A stretch of 52,656 nt of DNA, counting the filler, from Catajapyx aquilonaris (Eukaryota), in the NCBI GenBank assembly GCA_000934665.2. It is 2 parts of 2 records of this genome, joined end to end, with 100 filler letters (N's around TTAATTAATTAA, not from the genome) between each part and the next. Parts side by side here need not be neighbours in the genome. Positions count along the whole stretch, not along the records: positions 1 to 26,275 come from JYFJ02005228.1; 1 more part is not named here. One strand, given 5' to 3'. The notes beneath the pieces are model-generated. The model had not been told where the DNA came from, made no database searches, and saw only the letters and a list, made by a program, of their open reading frames with translations. Of the stretch, positions 12,853-23,173 are shown piece by piece (position 1 is the first letter of the stretch; every line of letters starts with the position of its first letter). The translations under genes were made by a program, and so were the position numbers.

Positions 12853-14234
12853 CAGGGTGGTCGAAAAAGAAAACGTGGTCGGAGGTCACCAGGTCACGCC
12901 TGCCAAATATGGCCGCTCTGGAGGTTGCGATTACTGAAATAATCGCTCGAGTAAATGATAAGTTGGTAGCACTGCAGATTTGACGGAACTCATGCCGCCT
13001 ATTCATGCTACAGCTTCCCCGGGGTCTGCACTAATCCCCCCCGATTCAAAGGGGAATAGTGCAGGGCATGGATGTGACCTTCACCCTTACTAGTTTTAAA
13101 GTTAGGGTGTTTTACCTTGGGCCGGCAGAAATAGGCAGTATACCAAAACACATTTCCTATTGGCGACGATTTACCGGATTTACCTCATATTACCGGATAC
13201 CGGGTCAAGTGGTATCCAAAAGTTGTTTCCATGACCTGAAACTGAACCAGACGTCAGCTGCTGACCTGCAGGGGGGGCAGATAGGGTTGGTCCAGTCGGT
13301 CCTTCTCGCCGCACCGGTCCCGTGAAACGTGCATTCCATGACTTGCGTGCAGGAGTCAGACAGCAGGTGTACAAAGAGCATTGTCGCAGGTGTCGCATCC
13401 AGATCGTTCCAGCGGTTCGCCGAAGTGCCTGTAGAGGCTTCGGCGTGGCACACGCATACGAGTCCACCACCGATGCAAGAAGCTGCCGCACCACTAATAA
13501 TAATGTACTCCTTGGTCCAGGCAGGCAACATGGCCTGCAACAGACAGCAGCACTGTACAAACTGTACTTCGCTACTGCCCACTTTCACAGTTTCACTTTC
13601 CCTTTCCACCCAAGGTTTCCGGTTTCTCCCTAAACCCATCCCTCCTCCCCTCCTTCTCGAGCCCGTCTGCTGGTTATCGCTTGACCCTTGCAGCCGGCGT
13701 TTATGCGGGGTTTTTGGGGGTGGAGGGTGGGATGGGGGCCAAGACAAGGAAAGTCTGAGAGACTCACTAAAGACTAAACTAAGAGGCCCTGCACCTGACA
13801 GATATGAGTCAACTAAACGTATACATGCCTCAGGGCTTTCCCCGCAGTATTCATTGTCCAACTGCAGGACGTTTCTTTCGTCTCACGAAAGCTGGTGAAT
13901 GTGCGCATTATGGACCAGCTTCTGAGTGCCGCTTCTGATCTTGGAACGGGTTCGAATCAAACAATAATAATTGATTGGTCGTAAACGGTCGGAAATAGAA
14001 AGTTTGAATGAGAATTGACGTCACAGGGGTTCGACCATGGAGCTGAATATTTAAATGCGGATGATCGGATCTCTGGGTGAAATAGCCCCATCCTCAACCT
14101 CTTTGCAGAAGCATTATTTTCAAGCCACTTGGACCGTTTTTGTGGCGGTAATTTGCGAAAATCTGAGATGCTATTAGCCGTGACTCAGAACTCCAAAAAA
14201 GACCCACAAAGGCACGTTAAATTCCCACACCCTG
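12853..14234. mobile_element. Possible Tc1/mariner-type non-autonomous element with GC-rich cargo
   Basis: TA|CAGGGTG ... CACCCTG|TA; only a short TIR match. Confidence 0.4.
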
Positions 14235-14997
14235 TAGATCTACTTACTGAAATCAAGAGCTAATGCTGAAATGTAGTGTAACTTCAATTACCTGAAGTTG
14301 AGGTTGACCTAAGGGTTGACCACTCAGTTTGGAAAGGTCGCCCGGCATCCCCATGGACCATGGTGCTGATAGTGTTGCAGGAGGCACATGAAAACAGACA
14401 CTTCCCACCATGTGATCCAGAAATACGACTCCAATTTCTCTGTTTAGTTACAAATGTGAGTAATTAAATCTGCAAAATTAAGTTCACATAAATCATGTAA
14501 TGTATAAATGTAGTATATAAATAAGTTCAATTTAATCATCATAATAATAGCAAGCATGAACTAGCAAGCTATAAACAACACATGGGATTCCCAGTACCAT
14601 TGCTGGTCAGATGATGGATTATTACGCTTCGTGATTTTTGCAGCCGGAAATAAAAATAAAATTTCTCCAAAGAAAAAGAGGGAGATCAGTTTAAAACATA
14701 CATTGTTACTGATTTTTTAAGTACCAAGAAGTAGGCCAGTCTCAGTTGTGGGCTGAACTATTGCATAGAGTAGTACAGTTGTAGCGTGCATACACTGTGC
14801 TGTGCTGTACTGTACTGTACCATACAAAATAAACATGCATTGGAAGTTGATTACTGTATGAATACTGTTCAGTACTTACTCTGTATTGTTCTGTATATTA
14901 CTGTACGATGAAACTTATGAAGTAGGAAAACATTAATATGTAGGACACCTCCTGTCCTCCTCCCTATATGTTGGACAGTTTATTCAGAACCTTCAAC

Positions 14998-15117
14998 CTT
15001 GAGTGTCCAACGTAGAGAAGTTTTACTGAATTGCCTGCAACATCGCAATTGCGCAAGTGCATCATAATTATGCAGCTTGCAAATCTGCGTAACCTTCACA
15101 ATCACACGCGCCATCAT
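14998..15117 (-). CDS. Candidate first exon of a divergent gene with a mitochondrial-presequence-like peptide
   Basis: MMARVIVKVTQICKLHNYDALAQLRCCRQFSKTSLRWTLK; Arg-rich with an R-x-F-S motif; weak donor AAG|gttgaa; next candidate exon 14292-14439 (aacag| ... |gtaatt). Confidence 0.3.
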
Positions 15118-15500
15118 TCCTGTGCACCGTAGACTGTACCGGAGTATTGCAACCGGAATAGTCCATAGTATCACAGCTTCATGACGAGGTTATGCGCGTT
15201 TGACATCCCTGGGGTACAGTACACACCCGACGTCATGTCCCCACCACTCTCAGTAACCCGCCAGCATGAAATATTCAGGCCATGTTCTCGCTGAAAGACC
15301 GAAAAATGAAATGTACGGCTACGTGCTTTTGCCGACTGGGAGCCGCCAATTTTAATCAGGGTTGCCAACAGGAGCTGTTACCGAATGTAACATCATGACT
15401 TAATAATTTAACATATTAACATTATTATTATTATCATTCCATCGCATTGTACTTACTTGATGAAAAGTATATTCTTTATTATAAATCAATCGTTACAGGG
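15100..15500. promoter_or_regulatory. CpG-rich putative (bidirectional) promoter
   Basis: Local CpG enrichment between the + strand 5-exon gene and the minus-strand ATG at 15117; GACGTCA and AGGGTTGCCAAC motifs. Confidence 0.4.
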
Positions 15501-15781
15501 CAGGTTGGGGAGTTGGGCCTGTTCGAATTCCAAGTGTTCCATTCGGGCCGGTCAGTGACCCAGAGTAAGTTGTTCTTTTTGTTGGGTCTGGGTTTAGTTA
15601 TTCGTGTGTTTGGTGAGGTTTGAGGGGAGAGAATAGTGCTCTTAGCGTGTCATTGACAGTGCAATACGCCTTGTTTATTGTTGTCGACAATTATCAAGCT
15701 GGCACGTGGTGTGGAGAGTGGTTCAGCTTGGTGTAACAAAGAGTGACCCAGCACTTATATAAATAAGTGAAAAGTCCGGTA

Positions 15782-17009
15782 ATGGACTCTAACATGTGTT
15801 CTTCAACTGCTCCCGTGTAAGTGAAATGTTCCTGCTACCATAATATTATTGACTTCTTCCCTCCCAGTATAGGCCTATGCCAAATGCAATATTAAGATTT
15901 GTAAACTTTATTGTGATATATTTCAGCCCAATTGTATCGCCAACTGTCACAAACGTGAAAGCCTACCACCGTGCAGCAGAAGTACACATATATGCTGCTG
16001 CTGACGTTTACAAGAGAAACCAGAAAAAGTACGAGGATATGGATCTCAGCTGCAACCAAGCGGTATGGAGTTTTAGAAGAATCTGAGTACTGTTGTTGGC
16101 CTGTAGCACTGTGTTCAAGATTTGAACTTCATTTTCAGGTGACGGTGGCTATCAAGTCAAATGAGATAGCGTCGGTAAAAAAAAATGAGGATGATGATAA
16201 CCTGCTCAAGCGTTTGGCGCAGAAGGTACATGAGACCCTGAATGATTGCATGGCGCTGAGTGTGAAGAAGAAGGAGAGGAATCAAAGTCTGCAAGAACTG
16301 CTCAAGGATAGAAGCTGTATTCTTCAGGGCTCTAATAGAGTTTTCAGTGGGGCACAAGCTGGACATGCTGCACAAAAGCATGAGGATCAGCCAGAGTAAT
16401 TATTATTATCTAGTTAGCTAATTAGATACTTGTAGTATTGTACTGTAGTTAAATAAGTCTCAGCCTGACAGCTTCTAAAGGCTTCACAAGTTCACAATAG
16501 CAAAATAATCCAAGTAATTGAAATGTACCAGTACAGTATTTCAATTGGAAGGATTTTATCACTGTCTTGCTCTTTCAGAATGGGTAACATCCCCTTTGAA
16601 GCAGAAGCAGAAGACATCGCTGAGACAGTCAGAAAAACCCTTGCAGACATAGTTGCGTGCAAAAAGGGTCAGGCTGAACGACTCAATGACTTGGCGGTTA
16701 ACATGAAAACCAAGGTATGGGATCAGCTTCTGAAAATTACCTGTATTTGACTGTAGACATTTCGTACTTCTTGTTTGGCAGGTTGCTGAAGTCGCATGCC
16801 TGAAGAAGAAAACCGTGAAGAGGGAGGAAGAAAATGCATTTATGCTGAATGGGGTAGGGAAACAGGTGACCATGGTTTGCAATGAGATTGTAGCTGTTGA
16901 GGAGCGCAAAATGGAATTACTCAAGCATTATGATGAGCCCAGGAAAAGTGATCCTGCCCTTCACCCTGGCAGTGGGCTTCCTCCAAAGACACCTCTTAAA
17001 CCTCAATAG
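15782..17009 (+). CDS. Uncharacterised 263-aa helical/coiled-coil protein, 5 coding exons
   Basis: Exons 15782-15816, 15927-16062, 16139-16395, 16579-16714, 16782-17009. Four short GT-AG introns (110, 76, 183, 67 nt) with matching phases; 792 nt ATG to TAG with no internal stop. Possible 5'UTR donor gtaagt at ~15565. Confidence 0.8.
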
Positions 17010-17719
17010 GTTTCCAGGGATCACAGATGAATGGGTGCCGTGCGTTCCAAAGGCCTCCGTCCACTGGCCTACTAAAGATGATGGTACATGAGCCTGGTCC
17101 TGGACCTAACCATTTGCCTATATCCACTTTCCAGTAGACGTAATGTCACATGTTGTCTTGCTATTGGGGCATTTGTTGCATTCAGTGTTGTTGCAGATGT
17201 TTGATAGCAATGTACCAATCATTTTATATTTTTGCATTAACGTCCTTTTGTCACTGAGCCATACCTGACAACTCAAAAAGTGTTTTTTTTGTTTTTGTTT
17301 TTGTTTTTGTATTAACTTCCTTGCTCATCGTATGCTATATTTTCTTGAGTAAATTCAGCAAGTCAGAATGAACATGATATGCATTGTCATGTGAAGTCTG
17401 TCATATTTAAATTGTAGTTGATAAATATTACAAAGAAAAGTTCTTCCCTCAATCAAAAACTATCACACATCTTTCCTTTTGGCTTAACTTCATGCGTTGC
17501 ACTAAAAAATTGATTACTACAGTACTTTTCCATCCACGGCAGAATTAGAACTAATAGAAATTAGATGCATGTTGTAATATATTATTATTAATTTGTATTC
17601 AAATCCCTGAAGTTTAGTATGTACAATTTTATTATTGTTTCAATCAAATAATAGTGATGAGTCATATGAGGCAACAATAAAATAAAAATTAACGGAACAT
17701 GATGCAATAATCAATGAAA

Positions 17720-17990
17720 TGGTAACCCTGTGATAGGCCTATTACCTCTTAGGAGATCGTCTTTTAAATTCCCAACTTGATTCAATTCCTGTGCTTCTGA
17801 TGGATATTAATAGTGGAAGGAAACAAAAGATCCCTGAAAAAAAGCACCACAGCATGGAGAGAACCCATTAAAACTCTTTCCACATGAAACAATCTTTTAA
17901 GTGTGATCTTTGGTGTGATCCCTGGATCAAACTCGGGACCTCAGATGGAGAAGACTGTAAATAAGTACTACACCAGCAGCTTGCTACCCT
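17720..17990 (-). mobile_element. Degenerate V-domain SINE
   Basis: Homologous to 22991-23173 and to the tail at 9620-9660. Confidence 0.6.
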
Positions 17991-18055
17991 AAAGGTTTGC
18001 AATATACAGTATGTGGCTGCATCAGCAACAGTTAAAGTCAAATACTGCATATATA

Positions 18056-18350
18056 CAGGGTGTTTGTTACTAGTCCAGCCAACGACCGTCAGCGTATTCC
18101 TTGGGCCAAAACAAGTCGAAAATGCAGAATATGAGCTGTGATAACCGCTTAACTGTGAAAGAGCGACCTTGAAAATACCAACAGTCGCTATTTTCATGCC
18201 CATATCTTGCTCCGTTGGCAACCATTGACCAATGTTTCTGGTCAATATCATATTAAAGGTTGCACCCTTGACATTTTTCTCCCCTACATTTTCGACTACT
18301 TTTGGCTCAAGGAATACGCTGACAGCCATTGGCTGGACTATTTAACAATC
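18056..18350. mobile_element. Tc1/mariner MITE
   Basis: TA|CAGGGTG start; ~70-bp inverted arms (TAGTCCAGCCAA..GTCAGCGTATTCCTTG). Confidence 0.65.
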
Positions 18351-19812
18351 TTAGTTTAGCCTTAGCCTTAGAAGTATAATAACAGAAAAATTCATAACTT
18401 ACATTGTACTAGTTGTAATGACGAAAGATGTGAGCCAGAGCAGATCTGAATTTTTTTTTACATGTCTAATACATTTCAACATGAACTCCACTAGTAGTGC
18501 AGCAAAGGTCCAACTGGAAGTCTGCCTCAACCCATGTGTTTAGAAGAATTTGGGGGGGTTACATTATAAAATGCAGTGCAAATTCTGTCCTGCAAGTCTT
18601 GGAAATTATGCACCTGTGTAGCCTATACCTGTCTTTAACAAACCCCAACAGGTAAAAGTTAGGTGGAGTTAGGTCTGGTCATTTGGGGGCCATGCAATGA
18701 ATGTTGGTCATCTTCCAATCCATCATGCAATCGTCATCCATGAAGGTGCAGACATCATTTGCAAAGTGAGGGGGAGCCCCATCTTGTTGAAAAATGGTTC
18801 CTTCAGGAATCTGAAGCACAGCGAATTCTCCCGAGGAGGAAAAAAAAGGGACCTGTGATTTTTCACTTCATGATCCCACACCAATCATTGCATTTTGGAG
18901 AATACCATTTGTATTAATGAAGTGTATTAGTACAGGGTCATAGAAAAAAAAGTCTCAATTTTAAAACCCTATAGCTCGAGACCTTGTAGACATCCAAATG
19001 ATTTAAGTTTTGAAATGCTAAGAAATTTCTGAACTTTTGGTCTTGCTACAGTTTGTTTCGACATGAGCTCCATTTGTTGCTCGGAAAATGTAAATATGGT
19101 AATCAGTGTTGTGCCTAACCCGCTCAGAAATATCTAGTATTACTATTGCAATCTTATCCCGAGTGTGCTGGAGATGCCGGATCTTTTCACCATACATGTA
19201 CCTCCACAAATAGGTCCATCAGGGTCATTTCTGGGCTTCTGGGGGGACTAGGCACAGGGAAACTTCTCATTCAAGACTTCGCACATTGGGAGGTTGAACA
19301 TATGAAACTTTCCTTTGGCAGGTTTGTTTCATGGATGAGGCGACTTTTTATGTGCATCATTAAGGATAATACGTTCACTAAAGATCGGGATATCCAGCAC
19401 CTACGGGATAGGATCACAATGGTAACTCCAGATATGATTGAGCAGGTTTGGCACGAAATCGAATAGTCTTTTTAATCTGCTGAGCGACAAATGAAGCTCA
19501 TATCGAAACAAACTAAGGTTAGACAAAAACTTGAGACATTTCTTAGCATTTCAAAACTTAAATCATTTAGATATGCCTACAAGTTCGAGTTACAGGGTTT
19601 TAAAATTGGGACATTGTTTCTTGATAACCCTGTATATTGAGTGCATTGGAGATGTAAAATAAATATATAATAAAATAAAAATAAAAATATAAATATATAA
19701 AAAACAGACCTGCTCTTTAAACTGGCCCACACCTTCTGTCATTACAACCAGTACTTTGTAAGTTATGAATTTTTCTTTTCTTATAGCTCTAAGGTCTAAG
19801 AAGAACACCCTG
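18350..19812 (-). mobile_element. Degenerate Tc1/mariner transposon with a nested MITE
   Basis: ~110-bp diverged TIRs; remnant FQQDGAPPHFA..WIGR..WPP..PDLTP on the minus strand (~18480-18900). Confidence 0.75.
18933..19632. mobile_element. Tc1/mariner-derived foldback element made of two transposase 3' ends
   Basis: TA TSD; CAGGGT termini; ~250-bp arms encoding RATNGAHVETN-like tails; central VCFMDEATF motif. Confidence 0.8.
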
Positions 19813-19946
19813 TAAATTAACTAGTAATCAATGCCCGTTGTAACAGGCATAACTGACATATTTCTATGTTTTTGTGTAAGCAGGGTGTTTTGCAGTGTCT
19901 TATGGGATTCAATTTATTCAAATGTAGAGGTCTCTGCTAATTGGTA

Positions 19947-20325
19947 CAGGGTGGCCGAAAAGTCCTTTATCAATGGGTGAATACAATGAGAAATAATTAT
20001 TCCATGAGTAAAAGCTACAGCATATTTTCAGTGTGGTTCCCACCAACATGAAAACATAACTGTAGGCATGTTTTCACATTCTGCAGAATGCGGGACACCA
20101 TGTCTGGCGAAATGGTGCAGCAATCTACAGCAATATGTTGATGCATATGATGCGTGTCCCTGATCTTCACAGCATATACACTTTGCATTTCAGAACATGA
20201 AAACAAGGCCTGCAGTAATGTTTTGACATTCGTGGGTACCACACTGAAAATATGTTGTAGCTTTTACTCATGGAATTATTTGTTACTGTATTTACCCATT
20301 GATGTGGGACTTTTCAGCCACCCTG
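19947..20325. mobile_element. Tc1/mariner-derived MITE, both arms from the transposase 3' end
   Basis: TA|CAGGGTGG ... CCACCCTG|TA; tail VYAVKIRD..CFHVGGNHTENML*. Confidence 0.8.
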
Positions 20326-21030
20326 TAGATGGGTGTTTCTCTGTCAGGTCCCTAGGCCAATCAGTAGCAGCAGGCGGTTGTGATTGTTGCACCAAGTAGG
20401 GGTACCCAATCCTTTTGAAAATCCATCGTGTTGCATCAGAATTTTCCGAGGTCTTCAGCCACGCAACGTGAATTGTGGCTGGTGGCAAAAATCCTTCCCG
20501 ACCACAATGCACATCCAGAATGGCTCCTGGGCCATGCCCGGCCACTCGCCACCAACCTGAAGCAAACCCTTCCTGACACAACCCCACCCAAACCCTGGGC
20601 TTATGCCACTACCAGGTGATGAGTGCACATGATGAGTGGAAAACCACCTTCCACCAATCCACTCTCCATTTCCCTGGTAGAATAAGATTCAGAAGCATTT
20701 CTTCCCTAGCTCACAATAAATATGAGAATATCTGCAAGGACACACTGTATTACACATTGAAATGTTCCTACTTCCAGTAATGTAATAATAGTCCTAATAG
20801 CTCTGCCCTCTCAAATAAACCATGCTCCCCAGATCTTTGCTTCCTGGGTTCACTAACACTAAAATTATTAACCATTAATTTTTATTAAATATTGCAGTGT
20901 CCCTTGATTCACAAGAAAGAGAAATGACAAAGAATAGTTGAACACATGGGGGCTCAGGACATCAGGTATAACAAATACTAAGGGAGGCTATTTTGGGGTA
21001 AAAGCTACATAATGTCCAGCAGGACAACCA

Positions 21031-22300
21031 ATACCTCACCCAAATCCCATAGTCTACACGTGCCCCAAAAAAGTGGAGGGGTGGGGTAGTAAACAAAATG
21101 TGATAAAAAATCTTCATTACGATTATCTGGACTTTAGAATTGATAATTATTATTAATAGTAACAATGGAACTAGGATGGCACCAAAGTTAGTTAATTTGA
21201 CAGTTAACAACTGAAACAAATATGATTACACTTTGGACAGTGAATTTCTGTGGGGTCTGGTAATAATTGCCGTCACTACGTTAATATGTTACGTAGCATG
21301 ACATTAATTTTAATCATGAACCTGAGGGGCCACCAAACCCAAAGACTGCATTGAAATTAATATATTACAAGAAATCGGCATAGAATTTTAAAACGTTTTC
21401 CATGACTAGCAGAGGTGAATTATCTGCACATTTTTGAATGAAGTGATATTTAAAGCCCTTTGCCATTAATTGAAATTTATTATCGTAGCATAATGGACGA
21501 GGTCTAAATACACAATGTCAAATGGAGTTCACCAGTGTAAAAATTTCTGAAAATATACACAATAAACATTTTAAATTCAGTGGCAAATTTTTTGTAATTA
21601 ATTTTAATGCAGTCTTTGGGTTTGTGTGGCCCCTCAGGTTCATCATTAAAATTCATGTCTAGATAAGTAACAAATTAACCACAGTGACAGCAATTATTAC
21701 CAGACCCCACAGAAATTCACTGTCCAAAATGTAATCATATTTGTTTCAGTTGTTAACTGTCAAATTAACTTTAACTTTGGTGCCATCCTAGCTCCATTGT
21801 TACGATTAATAATTATCAATTGGGGAGGTGTTGATGGCCGAGATGGTCATGTCTCGGCTTGCTGAGTGAAAGGCCCCATTTGAGCCCCCGCCCCGCCTGG
21901 GGAGTTCCCTTTCACCTGCGTCAGGAGGGTCTCTCACCTGCACCAATGAGGTGTCTGGCAACCTAACCTCCTGGGGGACTGCACATGGCCCAAACTTGAG
22001 ACATTGCACCTGCACCCCTGTCCCCTCCCCGAAAATCCCTATGCTTACCTAATGTCCTTGATTCTTTGCACTGGAGATGAAGAAAATATATAAGAAAACT
22101 GATGGTGGTGTTCCACCTCCCAAAAAGGCCCTTGGGCCTACATGGGGTAAAATAAATACAAAAAATATAAATAAAATAAAATAATAATCAACTCTCAAGT
22201 CCAGATAATCTTAACGAAGATTTTTTATCACATTTTGTTTACTACCCCACCCCACCACTTTTTTGGGGCCAGCACAGACTACGGGATTTGGGTAAGGTAT
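21031..22300. mobile_element. Foldback element with a SINE inserted in its right arm
   Basis: Inverted arms 21031-~21460 versus ~21490-21821 plus 22186-22300. Confidence 0.8.
21822..22180 (+). mobile_element. tRNA-derived SINE
   Basis: Head GGGGAGGTG..GCCGAGATGG; A-rich tail; approximate TSD ataattatcaa/ataataatcaa. Confidence 0.8.
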
Positions 22301-22398
22301 ATCCTAATTATCCAAGTTAACAAGGCAACAGTCAAGAGTCCTTTGCCAGGAGACTACAATATCAGTGTCAGTAATGCAGCTAAATATAAGGAGTTTTT

Positions 22399-22864
22399 GG
22401 GGAGGTGTGGTAGCCGAGATGGTAACGTCTCGGCTTGCTGTGTGAAAGGCCCCAGGTTCGATCCCCGCCTGGGGAACTTTCCTTTCACCTGCATCAGGAG
22501 GGTCTCTGACCTGCACCAAGGAGGTGTCTGGCAACCTAACCTCCTGGGGAACAGCACATGACCCGTTTTCAGACGTGCACTTGCACCCATGTTCCCTCCC
22601 CGAAAATCCCTATCCTTACCCAATTTCCTTGATTCCTTGCACCGAAGTTGAGTTGAGAAACTTGAACAAAAATAAATAAAGGTTCATGCGATATACCCCG
22701 GTTGGGGGTGAAAGCATTACCCACGATTATTATATTATTATTATTATATTACCCCCGGTTGGGGGTGAAAGCATTACCCACGATTATTATATTATTATTA
22801 TTATATTACCCCCGGTTGGGGGTGAAAGCATTACCCACAATTATTATTATTTATTATTATACAC
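22399..22864 (+). mobile_element. tRNA-derived SINE with triplicated 57-bp 3' end
   Basis: A box TAGCCGAGATGG, B box GGTTCGATCC; 14-bp TSD TATAAGGAGTTTTT (22385-22398, 22865-22878). Confidence 0.9.
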
Positions 22865-22990
22865 TATAAGGAGTTTTTAAAATCTTTCCATACAAAATTG
22901 AAATGACCATTATCTAAGGTCATTATCATCTCCTGTGGTTTGGTTTGCTGGCTGTGCCAGTAAGCAACTAAGCCAAGGCTATCTGGCATT

Positions 22991-23173
22991 CATGTGATGG
23001 GTTTTTGGTAGTGGGAGGAAACGGGAGAACCCCGAGAAAACCCATGCAACCATGGGGAGAACCCATTGAAACTCTTCCACATAAGTGTCCTCCGTCAGAC
23101 CTGGAGATCGAACTCGGGACCTTCGAGATGGAAGGCTGTGGCATTAACCACTACACCACCATGTCGCCCCTCC
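22991..23173 (-). mobile_element. V-domain SINE with tRNA head
   Basis: Reverse strand: TGGTGTAGTGG (A box), GAGTTCGATCT (B box), GTTCTCCCCATGGTTGCATGGGTTTTCTCGGGGTTCTCCCGTTTCCTCCCAC. Confidence 0.8.

Noticed and set aside
22686..22880. 57-bp repeat as CRISPR, hammerhead ribozyme or repeat protein
   Set aside because: No unique spacers and no CUGANGA core; it lies inside a SINE TSD.
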